A stretch of DNA of 64,000 nucleotides from Candidatus Azophilus sp. (GCA_965221465.1 OZ244892.1:1577536-1641535); one strand, 5' to 3'. Shown: positions 26,783 to 37,146, counted from the stretch's first letter. The notes: generated from the sequence alone by a model not told the origin. Numbers and translations: made by a program.

Positions 26783-27406
26783 ATGTGGTGCGGCATGGCT
26801 CTCGCGTTGGCGCTCACCAGCAGCCAGCCGGCGCTCGGTCACGGCGGGGTCGTTGCCGAAGAGGACCTCTGCCTGTTGAAGATGGGCTTCCTGCAGGCAC
26901 ACTTCACGCTGTTTCTGCCGGATTCCCACGGCTCCGAGGAGTTCTGCGAAGAGGTGCCCAGGGCCGGCAGGGCGCTGTTCGTCGTCGAATACCTGCACGA
27001 AATGATGAAAGAGATGCCGATCGAATTCCGTGTGGTACGAGACGAACAGGGTTTCGGCATCTTTGCGAATTGGGACGACGTGACCTCCATTCCCGACCTG
27101 GACGCGCAGACCGTGTTTCATCGGCCCCTGGCTGCCGAGCCCACCGGCTGGGTCGCCGTCAGCCACACCTTCGAGGAAACGGGAGGTTACATCGGCGTGG
27201 TGGTGGCGGAAAACCCCGCCAACGGCAAGATTTACAACTCCGTCTTCTATTTCGAGGTCGGTAACGCCGGTTACGGCTACATCCCCCTTTTCGTGGCCCT
27301 GATCGTCGTTGCACAACTCCTGTTCTTCGCGAGCACGGGATACCTGCAACGCTTCCTCCGTTGGCTGCGGAACCGGACCCGCAGCGGATATCACGCAAAC
27401 CGCTGA
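26783..27406 (+). CDS. Hypothetical exported / C-terminally membrane-anchored protein
   Basis: Signal-like MWCGMALALALTSSQPALG, C-terminal TM YIPLFVALIVVAQLLFFASTGYL. No family recognised. The start is uncertain (TTG 26747 or ATG 26795 are alternatives). Confidence 0.5.
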   Translation: MWCGMALALALTSSQPALGHGGVVAEEDLCLLKMGFLQAHFTLFLPDSHGSEEFCEEVPRAGRALFVVEYLHEMMKEMPIEFRVVRDEQGFGIFANWDDVTSIPDLDAQTVFHRPLAAEPTGWVAVSHTFEETGGYIGVVVAENPANGKIYNSVFYFEVGNAGYGYIPLFVALIVVAQLLFFASTGYLQRFLRWLRNRTRSGYHANR

Positions 27407-27447
27407 GCAATTGAGCAACCACAATCACCCGAACCCTGGAGATCGCG

Positions 27448-27786
27448 ATGACCGTACCACTGAACCGCCTGACGACCACACCCACGATTCCCGGCCGGGA
27501 AATCGATGCCTGCCTCGGCATCGTCACCGCCGAGTGCGTTCTCGGCATCAACGTGTTTCGCGACATGCTCGGCGGACTGCGCGACATCTTCGGCGGGCGC
27601 AGCGGCACGCACCAGAAGGCGCTCAGGCAGGCGCGCCGGACCTGTCTCGAGGAACTGGCGGCACGCGCCGACGAACTCGGCGGCGACGCTGTGGTGGGCG
27701 TCGATCTCGACTTCAGCGAAATCAGCGGCGGCAACAAGGGCATGGTGTTCCTGGTCGCCTCGGGCACCGCGGTGCGGCTGGCATGA
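27448..27786 (+). CDS. YbjQ-family (UPF0145) protein
   Basis: 112 aa; GIVTAECVLGINVFRDMLGGLRDIFGGRS is typical of YbjQ. Confidence 0.8.
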   Translation: MTVPLNRLTTTPTIPGREIDACLGIVTAECVLGINVFRDMLGGLRDIFGGRSGTHQKALRQARRTCLEELAARADELGGDAVVGVDLDFSEISGGNKGMVFLVASGTAVRLA

Positions 27787-27910
27787 AGCCCGGGAAGCCG
27801 GCCGCAAGTGAGTGCCTTCGTTCCGGACTACCCCCTGCCCGTGAACCGGTCACTTTCCGAAGTCCGCTGAGCAGGCGGGATTTGGGGCCAAAGGGCAAAT
27901 CGCCGCCGCC

Positions 27911-29542
27911 TTACTCCTCCGAGACGGCAATCTCCCTGGCGGTGATGAACTCGAGCAGCGCCGGCTGGCCGCGTTCCGTCGCCTCGATACCCCGTCTCAG
28001 CGCCGCGGTGATCTCGTCCGCATTGGTGATGCGTTCTCCGTAGGCGCCGAACGCTTTCGCCATGTCGGCGTAATTGCCCGAGATATCGGTGGCGCCGTAT
28101 TTCTCCTGGGAGACCGGCATGATCGGTATCTCGATGGCCATCGAGAAATTGTTGAACAGTATCGACAGGATCGGGATGCGCTCGCGCACGGCCGTTTCGA
28201 AATCCATGCCGGTGAAGCCGATGGCGGCATCTCCCCAGAGGTTCATGCAGAGCTTGTCCGGGTGGGCGAGCTTGGCCCCCATGGCAAGCCCGAGGCCGTA
28301 TCCGAGCTGGGTGGTCTTGCCCCAACCGATGTAGCTGAGCGGCACCGTCGCTTCCCAGAACGGCGTCGTCTGGTCCCTGGGGCTGCCGGCATCATGCGTG
28401 ACGACAGTGCGCTCCTTGTCCACCATCCGGTTCAGTTCCCAGATCACCCGGTAGGGATTGATGGGGCATTCGTTGCTCTCCAGTTTCGGCAGCCACTCGG
28501 CAAGCCAGTCCTGCCGCATCGCCGCGATCTGTTCCGGCAAGTCTGCCCGGGCTTTGGCGGTGCGCCGATCGAATTCCGCCATGGCGACATGCAGCGCTTC
28601 CAGGGTCAGCCTGGCGTCGCCGATCAGGCCATGCTGGGCGGGGACATCCTTGTTGAGGTCCATGGGATCGAGGGTGGCGTGCACGATGGTCTTGCCCCGG
28701 GGCATCTGCACCCCGAACCCGGTCAGCGCGAAACTGCAACCGATGCCCAGGATGACATCGGCTTCCCGCAGCCAGGCGGTCACCGGTCGCGGGTTGGCGC
28801 GGCCTCCCGAGCCGAGGGAAAGGGGATGATTTTCCGGGAACGCGCTCTTGCCCTCGATGCTGGTCGTCACCGGAATGTTCCAGCTCTCGGCGAGGGTCTC
28901 GAGCGCATCCCACGCCCGGCTGTAGTGCACGCCCTGCCCCGCGTAGATGACCGGCCGCTCGGCGGTTGCCAGCACCTCGGCAGCTTCGGAGACGGCAGCG
29001 GGGTCTGGCGCGGTACGGCTCTTGTAGCTCGGTACGTGGTTCCAGCTCTCGGGCACGTCTTCCGCAAAGACATCGAACGGAACTTCGATGAGCACCGGGC
29101 CGGGGCGGCCGTTGCGCAACTGAAAAAACGCCCGCCGCATCACCTCGGGAAGCGCCTTGCCCATGGTCAGGGGCTCCGCCCACTTGGCGACCTGGCCGAT
29201 GTGCCGGGTCGAGTTGAAGTTGGGATAGTAGTGGGCCAATCGGCGGGGATAGCCGGCCGGCATGACGAGAATGGGCACGGATTCGGAGTAGGCCTGGGCG
29301 ACACCACCGAACGCGTTTTCCGCACCCGGGCCGTGCTGCATGCAGAAGACGCCGATCCGGTCTCCCGACGACATCCTCGAATAGGCGTCCGCCATGTGCA
29401 GCCCCGTGCGTTCCTGGCGGACGATGACGGTGCGGATGTCTTCGGCCGCTGCCGCCTCGATGAGCGGGTTGACCGGGTAGGCGAAGAGGATGTCGACCCC
29501 TTCCGCTTTCAGTACCCTGGCGATTCCTTCCGCAACCTTCAT
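27911..29542 (-). CDS. Thiamine-diphosphate-dependent enzyme (acetolactate synthase-like)
   Basis: 543 aa. MKVAEGIARVLKAEGVDILFAYP, GPGAENAFGG, C-terminal ThDP-binding region. GGGAGG Shine-Dalgarno. Confidence 0.85.
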   Translation of the reverse strand: MKVAEGIARVLKAEGVDILFAYPVNPLIEAAAAEDIRTVIVRQERTGLHMADAYSRMSSGDRIGVFCMQHGPGAENAFGGVAQAYSESVPILVMPAGYPRRLAHYYPNFNSTRHIGQVAKWAEPLTMGKALPEVMRRAFFQLRNGRPGPVLIEVPFDVFAEDVPESWNHVPSYKSRTAPDPAAVSEAAEVLATAERPVIYAGQGVHYSRAWDALETLAESWNIPVTTSIEGKSAFPENHPLSLGSGGRANPRPVTAWLREADVILGIGCSFALTGFGVQMPRGKTIVHATLDPMDLNKDVPAQHGLIGDARLTLEALHVAMAEFDRRTAKARADLPEQIAAMRQDWLAEWLPKLESNECPINPYRVIWELNRMVDKERTVVTHDAGSPRDQTTPFWEATVPLSYIGWGKTTQLGYGLGLAMGAKLAHPDKLCMNLWGDAAIGFTGMDFETAVRERIPILSILFNNFSMAIEIPIMPVSQEKYGATDISGNYADMAKAFGAYGERITNADEITAALRRGIEATERGQPALLEFITAREIAVSEE

Positions 29543-29565
29543 TACGTGCCTCCCATCATGGCCCG

Positions 29566-30816
29566 CTAGGCCGCGCAGATGCGGTCGAGAATGGGTAACA
29601 GGTACTCGACGAAGCGTTCCGGGTTCTCGGACATGGGGAAGTGGCCCATGCCTTTCATCTCCGCCCAGGTCGACCCGGGTATCGCTGCATGGGCAGCACG
29701 GCCGAGTTCCGGTGTGCCGCTGTAGTCGTACTCGCCGGAGAGGATGTGCACCCCGACCCGGTTGGTGTCGATGTCGGCGGCCCGGCCGGTCAGATCGTAG
29801 TCGACCACATAATAGTAGAGGTCGCCGAGGAACGCGGGCGGCCAGCAGGATGCGTAGACGAAACTCGTTTCCTTCCGGTAGGCCTCCGGGGATGTGGGCG
29901 CCATGAGGCCGTCCATCAGTCGCCCCTTGTACTCGCTGCCGACCTGGGGATGCCACAATTCGCCGAGGCCCTCGAACTCGCCGCCGATACGCAGTGCCCC
30001 CTCGAGCGAAATCACGGCGCGAAACCGCTCCGGGTGACGGGCGGCCAGGTCCAGCGCCAGCAGCCCGCCCACCGAGCAGCCCATGAAAACCGGGTTTTCC
30101 AGGTTCAGCGCGTCCGCGAGCGTCAGCGGCACCGAGCGCAGGAAGTCGCCCTCCAGCCGGTAGTCTTCCGCCCACCAGGAGCGGGTCACCGGCGGCATGG
30201 ATTTTCCGTGGCACGGCAGATCGTAGGCAATCAGGCGGAAGCGGTCGGTGATCTCGGGATATTCGAACAGGTGCCGCCACTGGCTGCCATGGGCGCCGGC
30301 CGTGTGGTGAAGAAGGAGCGGTATGCCCTGCCCTGCCTCTTCGAAGTAGATGCGATGGTCGTGCCCACCGAGGTCGAGGTGCACGTAGCGACCCACCGGT
30401 GCATCGAAGTTTCCCTGGGGGCCGGCCTCGTCACGTGCCGGGTCTTGCTCGAGGCCCGCCGGACGCAGCAATTCCACCGCCCGCATGGCGGCAGCGTGGT
30501 ACTGGGCATGCAGAACCGGGTCGCCGCCCCGCTGCAATCCCTGGCCCCAGGCGACACCGATGTCGTTGTAGAACGGCGGCGGCACCGGCGCGAGCAATCG
30601 AGCCCATAACGACCGGGGCGCCGACAGCCTCATGACGCCATTCTCGCCCTGCGGCTCACCGCCGCTCACAGCGCCATCGGCAAGCCGCAAGCTCAGAGAA
30701 TCGTTGCCGATTTCCAGCACGAGCCCGCCGGTCCAGTGACGGGCAGCCAACCGGAATTCACCATCGGAAGCGCAACGCGCCGCCCACTCGGTGTTTGCAG
30801 GAAGCTCCAGCGACAT
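29566..30816 (-). CDS. Alpha/beta hydrolase with an N-terminal extension of about 150 aa
   Basis: 416 aa. Nucleophile elbow GCSVGG, HTAGAHGSQW oxyanion region. ATG 30816 with GAGAGG upstream. Confidence 0.75.
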   Translation of the reverse strand: MSLELPANTEWAARCASDGEFRLAARHWTGGLVLEIGNDSLSLRLADGAVSGGEPQGENGVMRLSAPRSLWARLLAPVPPPFYNDIGVAWGQGLQRGGDPVLHAQYHAAAMRAVELLRPAGLEQDPARDEAGPQGNFDAPVGRYVHLDLGGHDHRIYFEEAGQGIPLLLHHTAGAHGSQWRHLFEYPEITDRFRLIAYDLPCHGKSMPPVTRSWWAEDYRLEGDFLRSVPLTLADALNLENPVFMGCSVGGLLALDLAARHPERFRAVISLEGALRIGGEFEGLGELWHPQVGSEYKGRLMDGLMAPTSPEAYRKETSFVYASCWPPAFLGDLYYYVVDYDLTGRAADIDTNRVGVHILSGEYDYSGTPELGRAAHAAIPGSTWAEMKGMGHFPMSENPERFVEYLLPILDRICAA

Positions 30817-30837
30817 GTCTACACCTCTCTTCGTTGT

Positions 30838-30873
30838 CTGTCCCTTGCCTGTCCCTTGCCTGTCCCTTGCCTG
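30838..30873. repeat. Tandem 11-bp repeat (CTGTCCCTTGC x3.3)
   Basis: Direct reading of 30838-30873. Related CGCTTGCC copies at 30893 and 30911. Lies between the nudC stop and the hydrolase start. Confidence 0.9.
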
Positions 30874-30917
30874 ACGCTTTCCCGCCCGATTACGCTTGCC
30901 CGTCCGACAACGCTTGC

Positions 30918-31847
30918 CTACTTCATTTTCGGTTCGCAATCGTTCAGCGCCCAGGCCTTGATCAGGTGATGGGCGATGGCAAGTGGCCCTGGAACCTTCA
31001 GCTTGGGGTTTTCGTTCTCGAGGGCGGCAACGATCTCCTCGCGGGTGAACCAGCTTACGTCCGCCATCTCTGCCTCGTCGATTCGAATGTCGGTGCTCGT
31101 TGCGCGCCCGAGGCATCCGATCATGAGCGACGAGGGAAACGGCCAGGGCTGCGAGGAGTGATAGCGTACCTCTTCCACGTCGACGCCGGCCTCTTCGCGC
31201 ACCTCGCGGCGCACCGCCTCCTCGATGGATTCTCCCTGATCGATGAACCCCGCCAGCGCGGAATACATGCCCATCCGCACCAGGGGCCCCCTGGGCTGCC
31301 CCAACAGGCAGCGTCCGTCATCGTGAATCACCATGATTGCAACCGGATCTGTCCGGGGAAAATGCTCGGCGCCGCATTGCAGGCATTGGCGAACGTGGCC
31401 GCCCTTGCGCTGTTCGGTGCCCGCACCGCACTGGCTGCAGAACCGATGCGAATCGTGCCAGCTCAGTTGGGCGCGAGCCTGGGCGACGATGCCCGTTTCG
31501 TCCGCTGGCATGGTCATCGCGGCCATGCGGCAATCCCCGAAGCGCCAACCGTTCTCGAGGCCGAGGTCGCGGGCCGGTTCCTCCAGCTCCGAGATGTCCA
31601 GTGCAAAGTGCGGAACGCCGCCGGCAAGGCCGAGGAACACCGGGGGTACATCGACATCGAGCCAGCGAATCGTCGAACCGGAGGTCCAGCCCAGGGCGCC
31701 CCCGTTGGCGAGCAGCACATCGAGATTGTAGAACGGCAGGAAACGGCTGGCAGGATCCTTCTCGGCAGCAGCCAGCCACCCGTCGTCGCGGCGCTCTGCA
31801 TCGGCCCGGTCCAATGGATTGCCGGCAAATCGGTGAACGAGTGTCAT
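30918..31847 (-). CDS. nudC: NADH pyrophosphatase (Nudix hydrolase)
   Basis: 309 aa. Zn-ribbon CSQCG...CLQCG. Nudix box GFIDQGESIEEAVRREVREEAGV. Confidence 0.85.
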   Translation of the reverse strand: MTLVHRFAGNPLDRADAERRDDGWLAAAEKDPASRFLPFYNLDVLLANGGALGWTSGSTIRWLDVDVPPVFLGLAGGVPHFALDISELEEPARDLGLENGWRFGDCRMAAMTMPADETGIVAQARAQLSWHDSHRFCSQCGAGTEQRKGGHVRQCLQCGAEHFPRTDPVAIMVIHDDGRCLLGQPRGPLVRMGMYSALAGFIDQGESIEEAVRREVREEAGVDVEEVRYHSSQPWPFPSSLMIGCLGRATSTDIRIDEAEMADVSWFTREEIVAALENENPKLKVPGPLAIAHHLIKAWALNDCEPKMK

Positions 31848-32004
31848 CCCACCCTCGCAGGGCAAAGGGTCATTGTAGCCTTTCTTTCGAGGGCAGCCGC
31901 GATGACCGAGTTGCTGCAATCAGGCGCGTCCGGGCTCGCGGACCCGCGTCGAGCAGGCGCGCACGTGAACGGACAAGCATTTTGACACTTGCTATCCTAC
32001 CGTC

Positions 32005-33204
32005 GTGTCCAGCCCGCATCCGTTACTGATTTCCGTCGCGAGGGCGTCGAGGTACCGCCTCACCGGACCCGTCGTTATCGGCGGCTCTCGATCTGCAATT
32101 CAATTCATTTGCGCGGTCGCCATCGTTGCCGGCTGCGGCCGCTACCCGTCGGATGCCACCCCGACAGACAGGATGCAAACCGCCGACGATCCCGTTGCGT
32201 CCGCACTGATGACGCCGGTGCATGTGCGGGTCAAGCCTGCATCGGTGGCCGATATCGGCCGGCAGGCCACCGTTGCCGGCATCGTGGAGGCGTTTCGCAC
32301 CGCCACCATCGCCGCAGAGACCAACGGCCGGGTCTTGTCCCGGTCCGTCGAGCCCGGCGATTCCGTGCAGGCCGGACAGGTGCTCGTCGAGCTGGACAAG
32401 GAACGGGCGCTGATCGCGCGCGACCAGGCCGCAGCCCGGTTGCGCTCCCGTGAGGTGGATCTCGAACAGGCGGGCAACGAATTGCAACGCGGGCGCGACC
32501 TGCATGCCCGGGAATTCATCAGCGAGGATGCACTGGAAGACCTCGGTTTCGCGGCAGCCCGCGCCTCGTCGGCGCTGCAGGCCGCCCGGGCCGACCTGGA
32601 CGCTGCCGAGCGAATGCTGAAAGACACCGAGGTGCGCGCTCCGTTCAAGGGCATTGCCGAAACGGTACACGTGCACGAAGGCGACTACCTCAAATCCGGA
32701 ACACCGGTAGTGACGCTCGCCGACTTTTCCAGCGCGCGGATCAAGGCCGGCGTAACTGCCCGGGAAGCCGTATTGCTGCAGGGCGCCGAGCATGCCGAAC
32801 TGACCGTCGACGCACTCGGCGCAGGGGCGATCGACGGCCGGATCAACAGCCTGGCGAGGGTTGCCGACGCTGCCACGGGAACCTATGCGCTGGAAATCTG
32901 GCTGAATGACATGAGCACCGATCTGCAGGAACGCCTCCGGGCAGGCATGCTCGCCACCGTGTACCTCCCCTATGCGGCTACGTCGGCCCCAATCACGGTT
33001 CCGAGCAGCGCGGTATTCCGCCGCGGCGGCGCGATGCACGTTTTCGTGGTGGAGGGCGACAGTGCCTTCTTGCGGCCAGTCCACACCGGGCGAACCAACG
33101 GCCCAACCGTCGAAGTGCTCGACGGGCTGGCGGAGGGAGTCCTGGTGGTGACCGACGGCCAGTTCGCGCTGCGCGATGGCGCCCCGGTCATCGTCGAAGA
33201 CTGA
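32005..33204 (+). CDS. Efflux RND transporter periplasmic adaptor (MFP/HlyD family)
   Basis: 399 aa. Lipobox-like AIVAGCG, coiled-coil hairpin region, barrel domains. Immediately upstream of the RND pump. The N-terminal codons run through a REP-like unit (32015-32052). Confidence 0.8.
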   Translation: MSSPHPLLISVARASRYRLTGPVVIGGSRSAIQFICAVAIVAGCGRYPSDATPTDRMQTADDPVASALMTPVHVRVKPASVADIGRQATVAGIVEAFRTATIAAETNGRVLSRSVEPGDSVQAGQVLVELDKERALIARDQAAARLRSREVDLEQAGNELQRGRDLHAREFISEDALEDLGFAAARASSALQAARADLDAAERMLKDTEVRAPFKGIAETVHVHEGDYLKSGTPVVTLADFSSARIKAGVTAREAVLLQGAEHAELTVDALGAGAIDGRINSLARVADAATGTYALEIWLNDMSTDLQERLRAGMLATVYLPYAATSAPITVPSSAVFRRGGAMHVFVVEGDSAFLRPVHTGRTNGPTVEVLDGLAEGVLVVTDGQFALRDGAPVIVED

Positions 33205-33208
33205 ATCG

Positions 33209-36200
33209 ATGGAACCCGTACTGCGATTCTTCATCGAGCGCCATCTGCTCGTCAACATCGTCGCCGGAACCCTGGTCGTCCTCGGCTACCTGTCGGCGGC
33301 CGGCCTGAACCGGGAGTTCGTCCCGAATATCGATGCACCGCTCATCTTCATCACCGCGAACCTGCCCGGCGCCAGCGCGCGGGACATCGAAACGAAAATC
33401 ACCATTCCCATCGAGGAGGCCCTGGAGGGCCAGGACGGCATCGACTATTTCACGACGATCGTTTCCGACAGCACCTCCTATACCTCGGTGCGGCTCTTCG
33501 ACGACTTCGACTCCGCGGAGGTCGAAGCCGCAGAAACGGACCTGCGTGCCGCCGTGGATCGAATTACCGACTTCCCAAACGAAATGGAAGACGAACCGGT
33601 GTTCGAGCGGCTCAAACCGGGTCGTTTTCCCGTCATCGAGGTCGTTCTCTCGGGCTCCGAGCCCGAATTGAGCCGCACGGCGGAAGACCTCGAGAAGCGC
33701 CTTCGGCGGCTCGACCTCGTCGGCGATGTGGCCACGGTGGGCCTGGCCGACCCGGAAGTACGCGTACTCATCGACCCGGTCCTGGCGCGGGAACACGGCG
33801 TCACGCTCGGCGACGTCATCGCCGCCGTCCAGCGACGCAACGTGTCCAGTACCGGCGGCACGCTGGAGAGCCCGGTCGATCGCCGCCAGGTGGTCATGTG
33901 GAGCCGTTTCGAAGACCCCGCCGATGTGGGCGAGACGATTCTGCGCTTCAGGCCCGGCAGCGGGGCGCTACGCATTCGCGACATCGCCCGAATCGAAACG
34001 AGCCGGGAGGACACTGGCCTGATCGTGCACGTCGACGGCCGGCGCGGCATCAGCCTGTTGGTGAAGAAGCGCGAGACGGCAGACATCATCGACACCGTCG
34101 AGCAGATTCGCGCGGCCATCGCCACGGCGCCGCTTCCCGACACGATCGAGCTGGCGACAATCAATGACGGGTCTGGAATCATCGTCAACCGGCTGCAACT
34201 GATGTTCACCAACGGCCTGATCGGCGTAGCGCTGGTCACGGTCGTGCTGTTCCTGTTCGTTCGCCCCGGCCCGGCAGTCTGGATACTGGTGGGCATTCCC
34301 GTGGTGTTCCTGGGCGCCCTGACGCTGGTGGGGCCGTTGGGCATGACGCTCAACATGATCGTCCTGACCGGGTTCGTCGTGGTGCTCGGCATGGTGGTCG
34401 ACGATGCGGTGGTGGTCTCCGAGCGCATCGCGCTGAAACACGCCCAGGGCTTGCCGCCGGTGGAGGCAGCCCTTGCCGGCACGCGCGAGATGCTGGCGCC
34501 GGTGACCGCCGCGGCCCTGACCACGATGCTGGCCTTTCTGCCGCTCACAATGCTCGGTGGGCTGCCCGGCAAGATCATGTGGCAGATCCCGGCTGTGGTG
34601 GTGATGGTGCTGCTGTTCTCCCTCGTCGAAACGTTCTTCGTACTGCCCGCTCACCAATCCACGGTCAGCGCCCGGGCCGACCTGAGAAAACGCCGATTCA
34701 TGGTGGTGCTCGAAGCGCGCTACCGGCGCGTGCTGCAATGGATTCTGCGGCGCCGGCTGGCAGCCCTGGCGACCGCGGTCGGCGCGTTCGTCGTCATCAT
34801 GTTGTTCGTTCGCCCGCTCGTGCCGTTCGTGCTGTTTCCACAGGACGACGCCAACCGGCTGCTCATCAAGGTGACGACACCGCCAGGAATGTCCCTGGAA
34901 CAGACGGAAGCCGTTGCCGGCGACCTGGCGCAGCAGCTTCTGCGGATAACTGCAAGCGACATCGAAGCCATTACCGGCCGCATCGGCCATCAGAATAACA
35001 ATGCCCTGGAAAAGGGATTCGGCGAAGCGGACAACGAAGCGTTGCTGATCCTGCAGTTCCGGCGCCACCCGCGCAGCCGCACCAACGCCCAGTGGATCGA
35101 GCGGCTGCCGCTCGAACTGCGGGTTCCCGACGACGTGCGCGTTCTCTACCAGTCCGAGTACTTCGGCCCGCCCACCGATTTGCCCGTGACCGTCCACGTG
35201 CTCAGCAACGACGACGAATTGCGGCGCGGCGTCGCGTTCGAGATCGAGCGCTACCTCGAAGCCACGCCCGGGGTCGTCGAAGTGGAAGTGGACGAACGGC
35301 CCGGCACACCCCAGCTCGAATTGAACCTGAACTACGAAAAGCTGGCGTTGCGCGGCCTCGACCCCGAAGCCGTGGGACAAACCCTGGCTGCGGCTTTCTA
35401 CGGCATCGAGGCCAGCGAGCATCGCGATCTCGACAACACCACGGAACTGCGGGTGCAGTTCGACCCGGCGGCGCGCGGCGACCTCGACGCGCTGCTCGAG
35501 GTTCCGGTGCGCGCATCGAGCGGCGAGCTCGTTCGCCTGCGCGATGTGGTCGACCCCATGGAAGTACCCGCCGTTACCCGGATTTATCATCGCGACGGCT
35601 ACCGGGCCGCGACCGTGCGCGCCAGTTTCCTGGAATCGAGCGGGCTCACCTCGCTGAGCTTCGCAGAACGCATGCGTGCGGAGCTGTTTCCCCGCTTCGA
35701 ACACATTCCGGGCCTCTTCGTGTTCAGCGGCGGAGAGGCGGTCGATACACAGAAGACCACGGCGCGCATGGGTATCGCCGCCGCCCTGGCCGTGATCGGC
35801 ATCGCCCTGGTCATCTGGCTCATGCTCGGCTCGCTGCTCGAGGCGCTGTTCGTGATGCTGGTGATCCCACTGGCCGTCGCGGGCGTGTTTCTGGTGTTTT
35901 TCCTGCACGGCAAACCCATGAACATGTTCGCCATGCTCGGGGCCATCGGGCTTGCCGGAATCGTGGTCAACGGGTCCATCGTCATGGTGGATTCGATTCA
36001 CCGACGCCTGAAGGAGAACCCGGAAGCCGAAGGCAGCGCCGTGCGGAACCTGATCGTCGAAGCGGTGGTGGAGCGGCTGCGACCGATTCTGGTGACCACG
36101 CTGACCACCCTCGGCGGCGTGTTGCCGAGCGCCTACGGCATTGGCGGCTACGACCCGATCTTGAGCATCATATCGCTCGCCGTCGGCTGGGGGCTGGCGC

Positions 36201-36313
36201 TGTCGACGCTGGTCACCCTCTTCCTGGTGCCGGTTCTCTACTCCCTGGCCGGCGATCTGCGCCGCCTGGCTATTGGCGCGGTGCCGGGCGCCGTCGTTCC
36301 CCGCCCGAATTGA
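33209..36313 (+). CDS. Efflux RND transporter permease (AcrB/CzcA superfamily)
   Basis: 1034 aa. Two large periplasmic loops and a 12-TM pattern. N-terminus FFIERHLLVNIVAGTLVVLG. Confidence 0.9.
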   Translation: MEPVLRFFIERHLLVNIVAGTLVVLGYLSAAGLNREFVPNIDAPLIFITANLPGASARDIETKITIPIEEALEGQDGIDYFTTIVSDSTSYTSVRLFDDFDSAEVEAAETDLRAAVDRITDFPNEMEDEPVFERLKPGRFPVIEVVLSGSEPELSRTAEDLEKRLRRLDLVGDVATVGLADPEVRVLIDPVLAREHGVTLGDVIAAVQRRNVSSTGGTLESPVDRRQVVMWSRFEDPADVGETILRFRPGSGALRIRDIARIETSREDTGLIVHVDGRRGISLLVKKRETADIIDTVEQIRAAIATAPLPDTIELATINDGSGIIVNRLQLMFTNGLIGVALVTVVLFLFVRPGPAVWILVGIPVVFLGALTLVGPLGMTLNMIVLTGFVVVLGMVVDDAVVVSERIALKHAQGLPPVEAALAGTREMLAPVTAAALTTMLAFLPLTMLGGLPGKIMWQIPAVVVMVLLFSLVETFFVLPAHQSTVSARADLRKRRFMVVLEARYRRVLQWILRRRLAALATAVGAFVVIMLFVRPLVPFVLFPQDDANRLLIKVTTPPGMSLEQTEAVAGDLAQQLLRITASDIEAITGRIGHQNNNALEKGFGEADNEALLILQFRRHPRSRTNAQWIERLPLELRVPDDVRVLYQSEYFGPPTDLPVTVHVLSNDDELRRGVAFEIERYLEATPGVVEVEVDERPGTPQLELNLNYEKLALRGLDPEAVGQTLAAAFYGIEASEHRDLDNTTELRVQFDPAARGDLDALLEVPVRASSGELVRLRDVVDPMEVPAVTRIYHRDGYRAATVRASFLESSGLTSLSFAERMRAELFPRFEHIPGLFVFSGGEAVDTQKTTARMGIAAALAVIGIALVIWLMLGSLLEALFVMLVIPLAVAGVFLVFFLHGKPMNMFAMLGAIGLAGIVVNGSIVMVDSIHRRLKENPEAEGSAVRNLIVEAVVERLRPILVTTLTTLGGVLPSAYGIGGYDPILSIISLAVGWGLALSTLVTLFLVPVLYSLAGDLRRLAIGAVPGAVVPRPN

Positions 36314-36564
36314 CACGAGTGCAAAACAAAACACAGCGAGCGCATTCGGCAGTTCTCATCGCGCTCGTGGGTTCCCTGCGGAAAACTGCTGTGGCGGTGG
36401 ATCTGGTCGCTGTGCAGCCCCATTGACGGGATGGTGAGCGCCCGACGATGCGATCCGACACCAATAGGTGAGCTTCCAGAGAGCATCACCGCGACTCGCC
36501 TGCACGATGGTTACCTGTATAGACTTGCGGTTTCGCAAATCAGTCGACAAGGAGCAGCCCCAGC

Positions 36565-36978
36565 ATGATCAGCAGCGGACCCATCGAAGACCGGCTCGCC
36601 ATCCGTGAACTGGTGGATTCCTACAACGATGCCGTGATGCGTTTCGACGGCGATGCCTGGCAGGCCAACTGGCGTGACGACGCCGTCTGGTCGTTGCCGG
36701 GTGCGGGGCCGATCGCAGGCAAGAAGAACTTCTACCCCATCTGGCAGCAGGCCATGGCCGGTTTCTCGTTCGTGGGGTTCTTCGCATCCGCAGGCCCGAT
36801 CGTCGTGGACGGCGACCGGGCCCACGGAACCTGGTACCAGCAGGAAGTGCTGCACCAGAAAGACGGCGGCAAGCGTCATGTCACCGGCCGATACGAAGAC
36901 GACTACGTCAAGGTCGACGGGCGCTGGTACTTCCAGAAACGGGACTACAGCATTCTCAGTTCCGAAGAGACCGCCTGA
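36565..36978 (+). CDS. SnoaL-like / NTF2-family protein
   Basis: 137 aa; IEDRLAIRELVDSYNDAVMRFDGDAW. AAGGAG upstream. Confidence 0.7.
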   Translation: MISSGPIEDRLAIRELVDSYNDAVMRFDGDAWQANWRDDAVWSLPGAGPIAGKKNFYPIWQQAMAGFSFVGFFASAGPIVVDGDRAHGTWYQQEVLHQKDGGKRHVTGRYEDDYVKVDGRWYFQKRDYSILSSEETA

Positions 36979-37146
36979 CCGCACGCCAGTTCTCGGCGTC
37001 GAATCGCAGGAACGGTTCTCCGCTAAGGGAGAGCTTTAAATTCAACAACTTGTAGATTGAATTCATGCAAGGAGCGCCCCCTCGCGACGAAAGCTGGAGA
37101 GGTATGCGGGCTGGCCGCACCGGGTCAAGATTGAAGGAGAACGACC

